Source: an uncultured Chitinophaga sp. (lineage in GTDB: Bacteria > Bacteroidota > Bacteroidia > Flavobacteriales_D > Crocinitomicaceae). From it: DNA of 51,095 bases. Positions 18,280 to 27,091 of this stretch are shown here, piece after piece; the stretch's first letter is position 1; every line of letters starts with the position of its first letter. A program made the position numbers and the translations under genes. The stretch is taken from positions 14,891 through 65,985 of the forward strand of contig CAZHLZ010000001.1 in assembly GCA_964532475.1 (NCBI GenBank), written 5' to 3'. The notes under the pieces are model-generated. The model saw only the letters and a program-made list of their open reading frames with translations, made no database searches and was not told the DNA's origin.

Positions 18280-19692
18280 TCATAAAAGGGTTGAAGGACA
18301 AACATATTCTGTTCTCGGAACTCCAGTTTTTAAGATTTCTGACATTCCACCTTCAACATCCACAAAATTATTATAAGCCCTTGATTTCAAAATGGATGCA
18401 GCAATCATACTTCTGTATCCACCAGCACAATGCATGATGAATTTTTCCTCCTTTGGAATCATACTTAATTTTTCATTAAGTTGGTTTAGAGGAACATTAA
18501 TTGCATTTAATACGTGTTCAGAATCAAATTCACTTTTCTTTCTAACATCTATGACAATTGGATTTTTAGCCATTTCCGATTCAAACTCTTGAGCAGAAAT
18601 GCGATTTACCATATCAATTTCTTTTCCAGCTTCTCTCCAAGCATCAAATCCTCCTTCTAAAAAACCAATAGTGTGATCGTAACCAACTCGAGACAAGCGA
18701 ATAATGGCCTCTTCTTCCCTACCCTTTTCCGTAATTAAAAGAATTTCTTGTTTAATATCTTTAATCATTTCTCCAACCCACATCGCAAAACTTCCATCCA
18801 ATCCAATATTTAAGGAGTTGGGAATAAATCCTTTAGCGAACACAGCTGGATCGCGTGTATCAAGAATCAGGGCCTGAGTTTCATTCGCTAATACCTCAAA
18901 CGAAATTGGATTTAATGCTTTTTTCCCTCTTTCCATCACTGTATCCAAACTTTCATAACCTTGAATATTCATTAATACATTTTTTGGAAAGTATCCTGGA
19001 GGAGGTGTTAAGCCCGTTAAAAGTTCCTTTACGAATTCTTCACGAGTCATATCAGCTCGTAAGGCATAATTTGTTTTCTTTTGATTTCCGAGAGTATCAG
19101 TAGTTTCTTTACTCATTTTTTTACCACATGCACTTCCCGCCCCATGATTTGGGTAAACGATTAAATCATCAGAAAGTGGCATTATTTTATTTCTTAAAGA
19201 ATCAAAAAGGTGATTGGCGAGTTTTTCTTCTGTTAAATCTGCAATAACATGTTGTGCCAAATCTGGTCGACCTACATCCCCGATAAAAAGAGTATCACCT
19301 GAAATTATTCCATGTTCTTTTCCATTTTCGTCAATTAACAAATAAGTTGTACTTTCCATGGTATGTCCAGGAGTATGAATCACTTTTACTGTGTAATTTC
19401 CCACCTTAAATTCTTGATTATCTTCTGCAACGATTGCTTCGAAACCCGGTTTAGCAGTTGGTCCATAAACGATAGCTGCATCTGCCTTTTTTGCTAAGTC
19501 TAAATGTCCCGAAACGAAGTCTGCATGAAAATGAGTTTCAAAAACATATTTTATCTTCGCTCCATCTTGTTTGGCTTTTTGGATATACGGCTCTACCTCT
19601 CTCAAAGGGTCAAAAATTGCTGCTTCACCATTGTTTTCTAAATAATAAGCCGCGTGTGCAATACATCCTGTGTAAATCTGTTCTAATTTCAT
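18280..19692 (-). CDS. MBL-fold hydrolase fused to rhodanese domains (persulfide-dioxygenase/sulfurtransferase-like)
   Basis: HFHADFVSGH metal motif at the N-terminus and the rhodanese active-site loop CAGGYRS at the C-terminus. Confidence 0.8.
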   Translation of the reverse strand: MKLEQIYTGCIAHAAYYLENNGEAAIFDPLREVEPYIQKAKQDGAKIKYVFETHFHADFVSGHLDLAKKADAAIVYGPTAKPGFEAIVAEDNQEFKVGNYTVKVIHTPGHTMESTTYLLIDENGKEHGIISGDTLFIGDVGRPDLAQHVIADLTEEKLANHLFDSLRNKIMPLSDDLIVYPNHGAGSACGKKMSKETTDTLGNQKKTNYALRADMTREEFVKELLTGLTPPPGYFPKNVLMNIQGYESLDTVMERGKKALNPISFEVLANETQALILDTRDPAVFAKGFIPNSLNIGLDGSFAMWVGEMIKDIKQEILLITEKGREEEAIIRLSRVGYDHTIGFLEGGFDAWREAGKEIDMVNRISAQEFESEMAKNPIVIDVRKKSEFDSEHVLNAINVPLNQLNEKLSMIPKEEKFIMHCAGGYRSMIAASILKSRAYNNFVDVEGGMSEILKTGVPRTEYVCPSTLL

Positions 19693-19837
19693 GACTTTTA
19701 TGTTTTAAAAATTTTAGTCAAAGTTATTGTGTGTTTAAAGCTTTCTATGTAATTTAAGTTACACAAAACTGAGGGCTAAAATAGATCATTAATAGTTTAA
19801 AAAATAGAACATTTATCAGTTTAAAAACTGATTTGGC

Positions 19838-19868
19838 AAAAAAAATGGCTCCCATTTCTGAGAGCCAT
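19838..19868 (-). terminator. Intrinsic terminator of the M43 protease gene
   Basis: ATGGCTC / GAGCCAT stem followed by a T-run on the minus strand. Confidence 0.75.
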
Positions 19869-19891
19869 TTTTATTGATTTTTGAATGTGAA

Positions 19892-22297
19892 TTATTTTAC
19901 AAATAAAATTCTTTCAGTTACGTGAAATGCATCATTGTAAACCTTAACAATATACATTCCTTTATTTTTTTCTGATAAATCAATTGCTTCCTTCAAGAAT
20001 GTTTCACCTTTGTTGATTTCATTTTGCATTACAATTCTTCCAGCTTCATCGTAAACGATAACATTTACTTTTCCTGTGAAGTCATTTGATAAATTGAAAA
20101 CAAATTTTCCATCTACAGAAGGATTTGGCATAACAGAAAAGATTGTTTCATCTATTTTAACAGTTGAAACTAACTCTTCTTCCATTTCTTTGAAAGCAGT
20201 ACTGCTTCTATCCGCTCTTAATGTGTAACAAGAAGCATTGTTAGCCCCATTGTATCCTTTTACCAAAACAGTGTAGGTACCAACAGCAGCATTATTATAC
20301 TTTAATGTTTCTGTCGTAGTACTTCCATTTTCAGAACTTACAAGTAATGTACCTGCGGAATTGTATAAATACAAATCATAATCAGCTGGTAAATTACTTA
20401 AAGTAACCTTGATGTTCTTTAATGTAGAAGTTGTAGTAAACTTAAACCAATCCTGGTCAGTTGTAGAACTAATAATTGCTGAAATATTTGTATTTACTGC
20501 AATAGTTTTAGCAGTTGCTCTAGTGTTATTTGCTTCATAAGTATCGGTACATGTTGTTGGAGGTGTTGTAGCAGCACTAGTAGCAAAGTTTGTCCCAACA
20601 GTATATGCACTTGCACCAGAAGTACAATTTGTTCTTACTTGCCAGTTATAAGTAGTACTAGCTGTTAATCCTGTAACACTTAATGAATTTGTTGTTGCAG
20701 TATAACTTGTCCAAGTAGCTGAACTTGAAGTTTTAACTTGAACAGTGTAATTTGAAGCACCTGCTACTGCTGTCCAAGAAAGTGCTGCAGAGCTTGATGT
20801 TAAAGATCCAGCCGCTAATCCCGCTGGTACATTACAAGTTGGAGCAGGAGTTGTTCCTGTTACAAAATTAACAGTATAGTCTTCAACCTCACCATAAGTA
20901 TATGAACCACATGGACTAGTAATAGCACCATCTTTCATGACTACACGCATTCTTGTAGTTCCAGCAGTTGTGTTTGCAGGTACTGTAAATGAACCAGTTA
21001 AAGTAGATGTTCCTGATCCAGAATATACCAATTCCCCTGCATCTTCAAAATCTAAATCTTTATTGTAATCAATGTAAACAGCGAAATATTCAGTATATGC
21101 TGTTCCCACAAAACCTGGTTTTACAGAAATTGAACTTGCTGCACCAATAGTTAAGTTTGTTGATAAATTTGTAAAGTTACCATAACCAGCATTTGCGGCC
21201 GTAGTATTATTGATTGTACCTAAAGTAACATTATTAATGTATTCATAACTTACGTTAGTTCCATTTGACGCACAATAAGCTGCAACGGGAGGCGTTACAG
21301 TTCCAGTACCGCATCCATTTGAATTTTTAAGGGAAGCTCTTGCTCCACCAGTAACAAATAATGCCTGCATTCTTGCTTTTTGTCCTGTAGTAAACATATA
21401 CATTGCACCATCATCCACATAATCCATGTAGTTCATGTGCATATCACCTGAATTTGAACAAGAAACTTGTGGGAAAGTAGGAGTTCCATAATTCTCATCC
21501 GCTTGATTTGGTGTATCAGCGCACTGATCAGAACCTGTACATGCTGTTCCATCATCACCCCAAATGTGGTAAAGGTTGAACCAGTGACCAATCTCGTGAG
21601 TTGCAGTTCTTCCTTTGTTGAAAGGAGCAGTAACTGTTCCAGTCGTTCCAAAGTAGTTGTGACAAATCACTAAACCATCTGTTGCAGCAGCTCCTCCAGG
21701 AAATTGAGCATAACCTAAAATCCCTGTGTTTGTTCCAGCTTTGATACTTGGAACAACCCAAATATTTAAGTAAGACGCTGATGACCAAGCGTTGCTACCT
21801 CCAGTGGTACTAGATTTTGCATCGTCAGTATTTGCATCAAAAACTGTTTTGGTGGTACTTTTACGAATAATTCCCGTTGTAGCATTTCCGCTTGGGTCAA
21901 CTGTTGCTAAACAGAAATTAAATTCACAATCTGCTACTAAACTTGAATAAGCTGCTGGTGTGTTAGACCAATCTGTATTCAATTTTCTGAAATCTTTATT
22001 CAATACCGCAATTTGAGATTGAATTTGTGCATCAGAAATGTTTTGTGCTGTTGTATTATACAATACATGAACAACAACTGGAATTGTAATTACCGCTTTT
22101 TCTGCATTAACTTGACCACTTTCAATTGCTTGTTGTGTGAATTGATTAATCTGATCTAAATTAAATTGAACAGCTGGGTTTTGTTGAGATGTAGCATGCA
22201 AATGATCCATTGCTGCACACGTTCTTTGACCAAAGGCATTCATAGCCAATGTACTTGACAATAGGAATAGTCCTACTGCTAGTCTTAGTTTTTTCAT
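19892..22297 (-). CDS. M43 (cytophagalysin/pappalysin-like) zinc metalloprotease with GEVED, FN3, PPC-like and T9SS C-terminal domains
   Basis: HEIGHWFNLYHIWGDD zinc motif, GEVEDYTVNF, an FN3-like block (LSWTAVAGASNYTVQV) and a C-terminal sorting domain MPNPSVDGKF...GMYIVKV. Confidence 0.8.
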   Translation of the reverse strand: MKKLRLAVGLFLLSSTLAMNAFGQRTCAAMDHLHATSQQNPAVQFNLDQINQFTQQAIESGQVNAEKAVITIPVVVHVLYNTTAQNISDAQIQSQIAVLNKDFRKLNTDWSNTPAAYSSLVADCEFNFCLATVDPSGNATTGIIRKSTTKTVFDANTDDAKSSTTGGSNAWSSASYLNIWVVPSIKAGTNTGILGYAQFPGGAAATDGLVICHNYFGTTGTVTAPFNKGRTATHEIGHWFNLYHIWGDDGTACTGSDQCADTPNQADENYGTPTFPQVSCSNSGDMHMNYMDYVDDGAMYMFTTGQKARMQALFVTGGARASLKNSNGCGTGTVTPPVAAYCASNGTNVSYEYINNVTLGTINNTTAANAGYGNFTNLSTNLTIGAASSISVKPGFVGTAYTEYFAVYIDYNKDLDFEDAGELVYSGSGTSTLTGSFTVPANTTAGTTRMRVVMKDGAITSPCGSYTYGEVEDYTVNFVTGTTPAPTCNVPAGLAAGSLTSSSAALSWTAVAGASNYTVQVKTSSSATWTSYTATTNSLSVTGLTASTTYNWQVRTNCTSGASAYTVGTNFATSAATTPPTTCTDTYEANNTRATAKTIAVNTNISAIISSTTDQDWFKFTTTSTLKNIKVTLSNLPADYDLYLYNSAGTLLVSSENGSTTTETLKYNNAAVGTYTVLVKGYNGANNASCYTLRADRSSTAFKEMEEELVSTVKIDETIFSVMPNPSVDGKFVFNLSNDFTGKVNVIVYDEAGRIVMQNEINKGETFLKEAIDLSEKNKGMYIVKVYNDAFHVTERILFVK

Positions 22298-22325
22298 AAA
22301 ATTTGTTTTATTATAGTTTGCATGG

Positions 22326-22333
22326 CAAATTTA
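22326..22333 (-). promoter_or_regulatory. -7 box (TAAATTTG) for the M43 protease gene
   Basis: TAnnTTTG match about 29 nt upstream of the ATG at 22297. Confidence 0.4.
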
Positions 22334-22510
22334 TTACATTTATCGACACAAACAAACATTTTATCAAAAAAATGTTAAAAAAATCTACCAAATCGTTTAA
22401 GTGTGAAAATTTACACGTCCAAATTTAAATATGTTGCTTTAACACTAAGTTAATTATTAGCTTTTTTCTAAATAATTATTTTTTTTCTTGTTTCAATACC
22501 ATAAAAAAGG

Positions 22511-22518
22511 TATTTTTG
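22511..22518 (+). promoter_or_regulatory. -7 box (TATTTTTG) for the suf operon
   Basis: TAnnTTTG match 69 nt upstream of the sufA-like ATG. Confidence 0.4.
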
Positions 22519-22586
22519 CAAAAGATTTATTTCTTATTTAAAATTAATCTAAATAAACATTATTGTAAATTAATTGTTTTTCAAAC

Positions 22587-22910
22587 ATGATAACAGTAAC
22601 AGAAACAGCAAAAAAACAAGCAATTCGTTTGATGGAAGACGAAGGAAAAGCTGGATATTTTATACGAGTTGGAGTTGATGGTGGAGGTTGTTCAGGATTA
22701 ATGTACCAACTTACATTTGACAATGAGGAGAAAGAAGGAGACAAAGCTTTTGAGGATAACGGAATTAAAGTTGTCGTAGACAAAAAAAGTTTCTTGTACT
22801 TAATAGGTACAACTTTAGATTTTTCAGGAGGCTTAAATGGAAAAGGCTTTGTTTTTAATAATCCAAATGCAAATCGCACATGTGGGTGTGGGGAGAGCTT
22901 TTCATTATAA
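22587..22910 (+). CDS. sufA: Iron-sulfur cluster insertion protein (HesB/IscA/SufA family)
   Basis: C-terminal CGCGESF motif; 107 aa; first gene of the suf operon. Confidence 0.9.
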   Translation: MITVTETAKKQAIRLMEDEGKAGYFIRVGVDGGGCSGLMYQLTFDNEEKEGDKAFEDNGIKVVVDKKSFLYLIGTTLDFSGGLNGKGFVFNNPNANRTCGCGESFSL

Positions 22911-22975
22911 AATTGAAAATGTAGAATGAAAAATTGAAAATTATTTTACATTCTCAATTTTCAATTCTCAATTTA
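22911..22975. repeat. Heptad-phased palindromic array with no gene inside (sufA|sufB junction)
   Basis: AATTGAA AATGTAG AATGAAA AATTGAA AATTATT, then TTACATT CTCAATT TTCAATT CTCAATT, with strict 7-nt phasing. Confidence 0.8.
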
Positions 22976-22982
22976 AATAAAA

Positions 22983-24437
22983 ATGGCAAATTACACAGAA
23001 AACGAACTTGCAAAAGACTTAGAAAATCAAGAATATAAATTTGGTTTTGTAACGAATATTGATTCAGATCAAGCTCCAAAAGGTTTGAATGAGGACATTA
23101 TTCGATTTATTTCAGCAAAAAAAGAAGAACCACAGTGGATGTTGGATTTTCGTTTAAACGCTTTCAAAGTTTGGAAGGAAATGACTGAGCCTTCTTGGGC
23201 GCATGTGCATTACGAAAAACCAAATTTTCAGGATATTATTTATTATTCTGCACCTAAACAAACAAAAAAATACGAATCTTGGGACGATGTAGAGCCAGAA
23301 TTGAAAGAAACAATGAAAAAATTGGGAATTTCAATGGACGAGCAACAACGATTAACAGGAACTAATGTCGCTGTAGATTTTGTAATGGATTCTGTTTCAG
23401 TGGCAACTTCTTTCAAGGCTAAATTGGCAGAATTAGGTATTATTTTTTGTTCCTTTTCTGAAGCAGTTAAAGATCATCCTGAATTGGTCAAAAAATACAT
23501 GGGAACGGTTGTTCCTACAAGCGATAATTTCTACGCAGCATTAAATAGTGCAGTTTTTACAGATGGTTCTTTTTGTTATATTCCGAAAGGAGTGAAATGT
23601 CCAATGGAATTATCCACTTATTTCAGAATAAACGAAGGAGGAACTGGTCAATTTGAAAGAACCTTAGTTGTAGCTGATGCTGGAGCTTATGTTTCTTATT
23701 TAGAAGGTTGTACCGCACCACAACGTGATGAAAATCAGTTACACGCCGCAGTTGTAGAGCTAATTGCTTTGGATGATGCTGAAATTAAATATTCAACTGT
23801 ACAAAATTGGTATCCTGGAGATAAAGAAGGTAAAGGTGGAATTTTTAATTTCGTAACAAAAAGAGGATTGTGTGAGCGTAACGCAAAAATCTCATGGACC
23901 CAAGTAGAAACTGGTTCAGCAGTAACTTGGAAATATCCATCTTGTATTTTAAAAGGTGATAATTCTGTAGGTGAATTTTATTCTGTTGCTGTTACCAATA
24001 ACTACCAACAAGCGGATACAGGAACAAAAATGATTCACTTGGGTAAAAACACAAAAAGTACAATTATTTCAAAAGGTGTTTCAGCAGGAAAATCGAATAA
24101 TTCATACCGTGGTTTGGTTCAAATTCACAAAAATGCAGACAATGCGCGAAATTTTTCACAATGTGATTCTTTGTTAATGACAGACGAATGTGGAGCACAC
24201 ACTTTTCCCTACATTGAATGCAAAAATAGTTCAGCAAAAATCGAACACGAAGCAACAACTTCCAAAATCGGTGAAGATCAAATTTTTTATTGCAACCAAC
24301 GTGGAATCAGTACAGAAAAAGCAATTTCATTAATCGTAAACGGATATTGTAAAGAAGTATTGAATCAATTACCTATGGAGTTTGCTGTTGAAGCACAAAA
24401 ATTATTAGCCATCTCGTTAGAGGGAAGCGTCGGTTAA
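22983..24437 (+). CDS. sufB: Fe-S cluster assembly protein SufB
   Basis: Typical 484-aa SufB sequence in suf operon context. Confidence 0.95.
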   Translation: MANYTENELAKDLENQEYKFGFVTNIDSDQAPKGLNEDIIRFISAKKEEPQWMLDFRLNAFKVWKEMTEPSWAHVHYEKPNFQDIIYYSAPKQTKKYESWDDVEPELKETMKKLGISMDEQQRLTGTNVAVDFVMDSVSVATSFKAKLAELGIIFCSFSEAVKDHPELVKKYMGTVVPTSDNFYAALNSAVFTDGSFCYIPKGVKCPMELSTYFRINEGGTGQFERTLVVADAGAYVSYLEGCTAPQRDENQLHAAVVELIALDDAEIKYSTVQNWYPGDKEGKGGIFNFVTKRGLCERNAKISWTQVETGSAVTWKYPSCILKGDNSVGEFYSVAVTNNYQQADTGTKMIHLGKNTKSTIISKGVSAGKSNNSYRGLVQIHKNADNARNFSQCDSLLMTDECGAHTFPYIECKNSSAKIEHEATTSKIGEDQIFYCNQRGISTEKAISLIVNGYCKEVLNQLPMEFAVEAQKLLAISLEGSVG

Positions 24438-24443
24438 AGCCCT

Positions 24444-24478
24444 AAATTACAAAATAGCAAATTACAGATTGCAGATTA
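24444..24478. repeat. Heptad word array upstream of four-helix-bundle gene 1
   Basis: AAATTAC AAAATAG CAAATTA CAGATTG CAGATTA. 24446-24470 matches 24855-24879 at 23 of 25 nt as a direct repeat. Confidence 0.8.
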
Positions 24479-24852
24479 TGGCAACAATTGAAAAATTTGA
24501 AGAATTAGAAGTTTGGAGAACAAGTATGGATTTATGTACTGAAATTTACAAATTGACTAATACTGAATTATTTTCTAAAGATTTTGGATTAAAAGACCAA
24601 ATTAGAAGATGTTCAGTTTCTGTTCCTTCAAATATTTCAGAAGGTTACGAAAGAGATGGAAAAAATCAATTTTTGTATTTTTTAGCGATTGCTAAAGGAT
24701 CTTGCGGAGAATTAAGAACACAATTACGAATTGCTTATAATTTGAATTACATAAGTAACGAGGAATATGAAATTTTGAATGAAAAATGTTTATCAACAAG
24801 TAAACAAATTAAAGGGTTTATTAAATATTTGAAGAGTTATAAAGGGAAATAA
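24478..24852 (+). CDS. Four-helix-bundle protein (23S rRNA intervening-sequence protein / Avd-like family)
   Basis: The pattern FEELEVW...A..L...IY.LT, SVPSNISEGY and GSCGELRTQL is characteristic of the TIGR02436/PF05635 family. The ATG at 24478 is preferred over the TTG at 24469. Confidence 0.8.
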   Translation: MATIEKFEELEVWRTSMDLCTEIYKLTNTELFSKDFGLKDQIRRCSVSVPSNISEGYERDGKNQFLYFLAIAKGSCGELRTQLRIAYNLNYISNEEYEILNEKCLSTSKQIKGFIKYLKSYKGK

Positions 24853-24918
24853 AGATTACAAATTAACAAATTACAGATTATCCTAATCTGACAATCTGCC
24901 AATTTGTAATCTGCAATT
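24853..24918. repeat. Heptad-phased hairpin downstream of four-helix-bundle gene 1
   Basis: AGATTAC AAATTAA CAAATTA CAGATTA, tcc, then TAATCTG ACAATCTG CCAATTTG TAATCTG. There are perfect 7-bp pairings at the inner and outer ends. Confidence 0.8.
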
Positions 24919-24927
24919 AAGAATAAT

Positions 24928-25686
24928 ATGTTAAAAATCACAAATTTACACGCCAATATCGATGGCAAAGAGATCTTAAAAGGTTTAAACCTTGAAGTAA
25001 AAGCAGGTGAAGTTCATGCAATCATGGGGCCAAACGGTGCAGGGAAAAGTACCTTGGCATCAGTTTTGGCTGGCCGCGAAGAATACGAAGTAACTGATGG
25101 TTCCGTTGATTTTGACGGAAAGGATTTGTTGGATTTAGCAACAGAAGATCGTGCAAGGGAAGGATTGTTTTTGGCATTCCAATATCCAGTTGAAATTCCA
25201 GGAGTTTCAAACGTAAATTTCTTGCGAACTGCAATTAACGAAATCAGAGAATATAAAGGTGAAGAAGGAATTTCTGCGAAAGATTTTATGACAATGGTCC
25301 GTGAAAAATCAAAAATAGTTGAGTTGGATGCTAAATTGGCATCACGTTCGGTGAATGAAGGTTTTTCAGGAGGTGAGAAAAAACGTAATGAAATTTTCCA
25401 AATGGCGATGTTGGATCCAAAATTGTCTATTTTAGATGAAACGGATTCTGGTTTGGATATTGACGCTTTACGTATCGTTGCAAACGGTGTAAATACGCTA
25501 AAATCAAAAGATAACGCAACAGTTGTGATTACGCACTACCAACGTTTGTTAGATTACATCGTTCCAGATTTTGTTCATGTTTTATATGACGGAAAAATTG
25601 TGAAAACTGGAGGAAAAGAGTTAGCTTTAGAATTGGAAGAAAAAGGCTACGATTGGATTAAAGAAGAATTGAAAATTGAGAATTAA
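24928..25686 (+). CDS. sufC: Fe-S cluster assembly ATPase SufC
   Basis: Walker A GPNGAGKST, ABC signature FSGGEKKR and Walker B ILDETDSGLD. Confidence 0.95.
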   Translation: MLKITNLHANIDGKEILKGLNLEVKAGEVHAIMGPNGAGKSTLASVLAGREEYEVTDGSVDFDGKDLLDLATEDRAREGLFLAFQYPVEIPGVSNVNFLRTAINEIREYKGEEGISAKDFMTMVREKSKIVELDAKLASRSVNEGFSGGEKKRNEIFQMAMLDPKLSILDETDSGLDIDALRIVANGVNTLKSKDNATVVITHYQRLLDYIVPDFVHVLYDGKIVKTGGKELALELEEKGYDWIKEELKIEN

Positions 25687-25751
25687 GAATTAAGAAGGTA
25701 GAATTGAATATGTAACATCAAATTTCATTTTCAATTCTTCACTCTGCATTC
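25666..25751. repeat. Heptad-phased palindromic array with no gene inside (sufC|sufD junction)
   Basis: GAATTGA AAATTGA GAATTAA GAATTAA GAAGGTA GAATTGA, a spacer, then TTCATTT TCAATTC TTCACTC TGCATTC. It overlaps the last 7 codons of sufC. Confidence 0.8.
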
Positions 25752-25766
25752 ACCATTATTACACAT

Positions 25767-27065
25767 ATGAACGAATTAATTTCAGAAAAATATACTATTC
25801 AAACAGAAATTTCAGCAAATTTTTTACTTCCTGAAAATCTGCGAGAAAAAGCAAATGAAATTCTTGAAACAACAGAGTTTCCAACAACAAGAACAGAGGC
25901 TTGGAAATATACACGAGTTGCGAAGATAAAAAACTCCGTTTTTAAGACATTAGACTTAAGACAGAAGACAAAAGACCTCGATATTTCCAACTTTTTGATT
26001 CCAAACTTAGAAGGTTCTGTGATGGTTTTTGTTAATGGAATTTACGCGAAAGAATTATCAAAAATTGAGGCAGAAAGTGGACTAGAACTAGTTTCATTGG
26101 CGGAAAATAATATTTTCGGAGAAGCTATTGGTCAACAAATCCCTCTAGAGAATGAAGTTTTCTCTGCAATTAATACCTATTATGCTCAAGATGGAGTGGG
26201 GATTCGAATTGCGAAAAAAACTGAATTAAAGCAAAGTATACAAGTGATTTTTATCAGTACTGGTGAAAATTCTTATTCAGGTGCAAGAAATGTCATTTCT
26301 TGTGAGGATTTTGCTTCGGCACACATTGTTTTAAATTATGTAACAGAAAACACTGGTACTTCGACTCCGCTCAGTGTCCAGCCAAATTTCACGAATTGTA
26401 TTACTGAAATTCATGTTGGAACGAATGCAAATTTATCAATTGATAAAATTCAACAAGAAGTCGATTCAAGTTTTAACATTACAAGTGAATTTGTAAATCA
26501 AGAAAAAGATTCAACTTTTACAATCAATACCATTACCTTAGACGGAGCCTTAGTTCGCAACAATTTAACGATTGCAGTAGATGGACAAAACTCAGAAACA
26601 AATCTTTCTGGTGCCTACATCTTAAAAGGAAAACAACACGTGGACAACCATACCGTTGTTGACCATAAAGTTGCTCATTGTCAGTCGAATGAATTGTACA
26701 AAGGTGTAATTGATGACCAAGCAACAGCTGTTTTCAACGGCAAAGTTTTTGTTAGAAAAGACGCACAAAAAATCAATGCTTTTCAATCAAACGGAAATGT
26801 ATTGTTAAGCGATAATGCAACGGTAAACTCTAAACCAGAATTGGAGATTTATGCAGACGATGTAAAATGTTCGCATGGTTCAACCACTGGACAACTGGAC
26901 GAAGAAGCAATTTTTTACCTTCGTGCTCGAGGAATTTCTGAAAAAGGTGCAAGAGCATTGATGGTTTCGGCTTTTATTGGAGATGTAATTGAAAAAATCG
27001 AAAACGAATCAGTTCAGGAATACGTTTACGGAAAGTTGGAAGAGAAATTTGGATGGGTGAAGTAG
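25767..27065 (+). CDS. sufD: Fe-S cluster assembly protein SufD
   Basis: 432 aa. The C-terminal region KPELEIYADDVKCSHGSTTGQLDEEAIFYLRARGI is typical of SufD. Confidence 0.9.
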   Translation: MNELISEKYTIQTEISANFLLPENLREKANEILETTEFPTTRTEAWKYTRVAKIKNSVFKTLDLRQKTKDLDISNFLIPNLEGSVMVFVNGIYAKELSKIEAESGLELVSLAENNIFGEAIGQQIPLENEVFSAINTYYAQDGVGIRIAKKTELKQSIQVIFISTGENSYSGARNVISCEDFASAHIVLNYVTENTGTSTPLSVQPNFTNCITEIHVGTNANLSIDKIQQEVDSSFNITSEFVNQEKDSTFTINTITLDGALVRNNLTIAVDGQNSETNLSGAYILKGKQHVDNHTVVDHKVAHCQSNELYKGVIDDQATAVFNGKVFVRKDAQKINAFQSNGNVLLSDNATVNSKPELEIYADDVKCSHGSTTGQLDEEAIFYLRARGISEKGARALMVSAFIGDVIEKIENESVQEYVYGKLEEKFGWVK

Positions 27066-27091
27066 ACGCAAAAATTTTAAAACACCGAATT

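Noticed and set aside
19748-19763. TGTAA-N6-TTACA palindrome upstream of the MBL/rhodanese gene as an operator
   Set aside because: The half-sites are only 5 bp, in roughly 25% GC DNA, with a single occurrence and no adjacent regulator gene. That cannot be told apart from chance.
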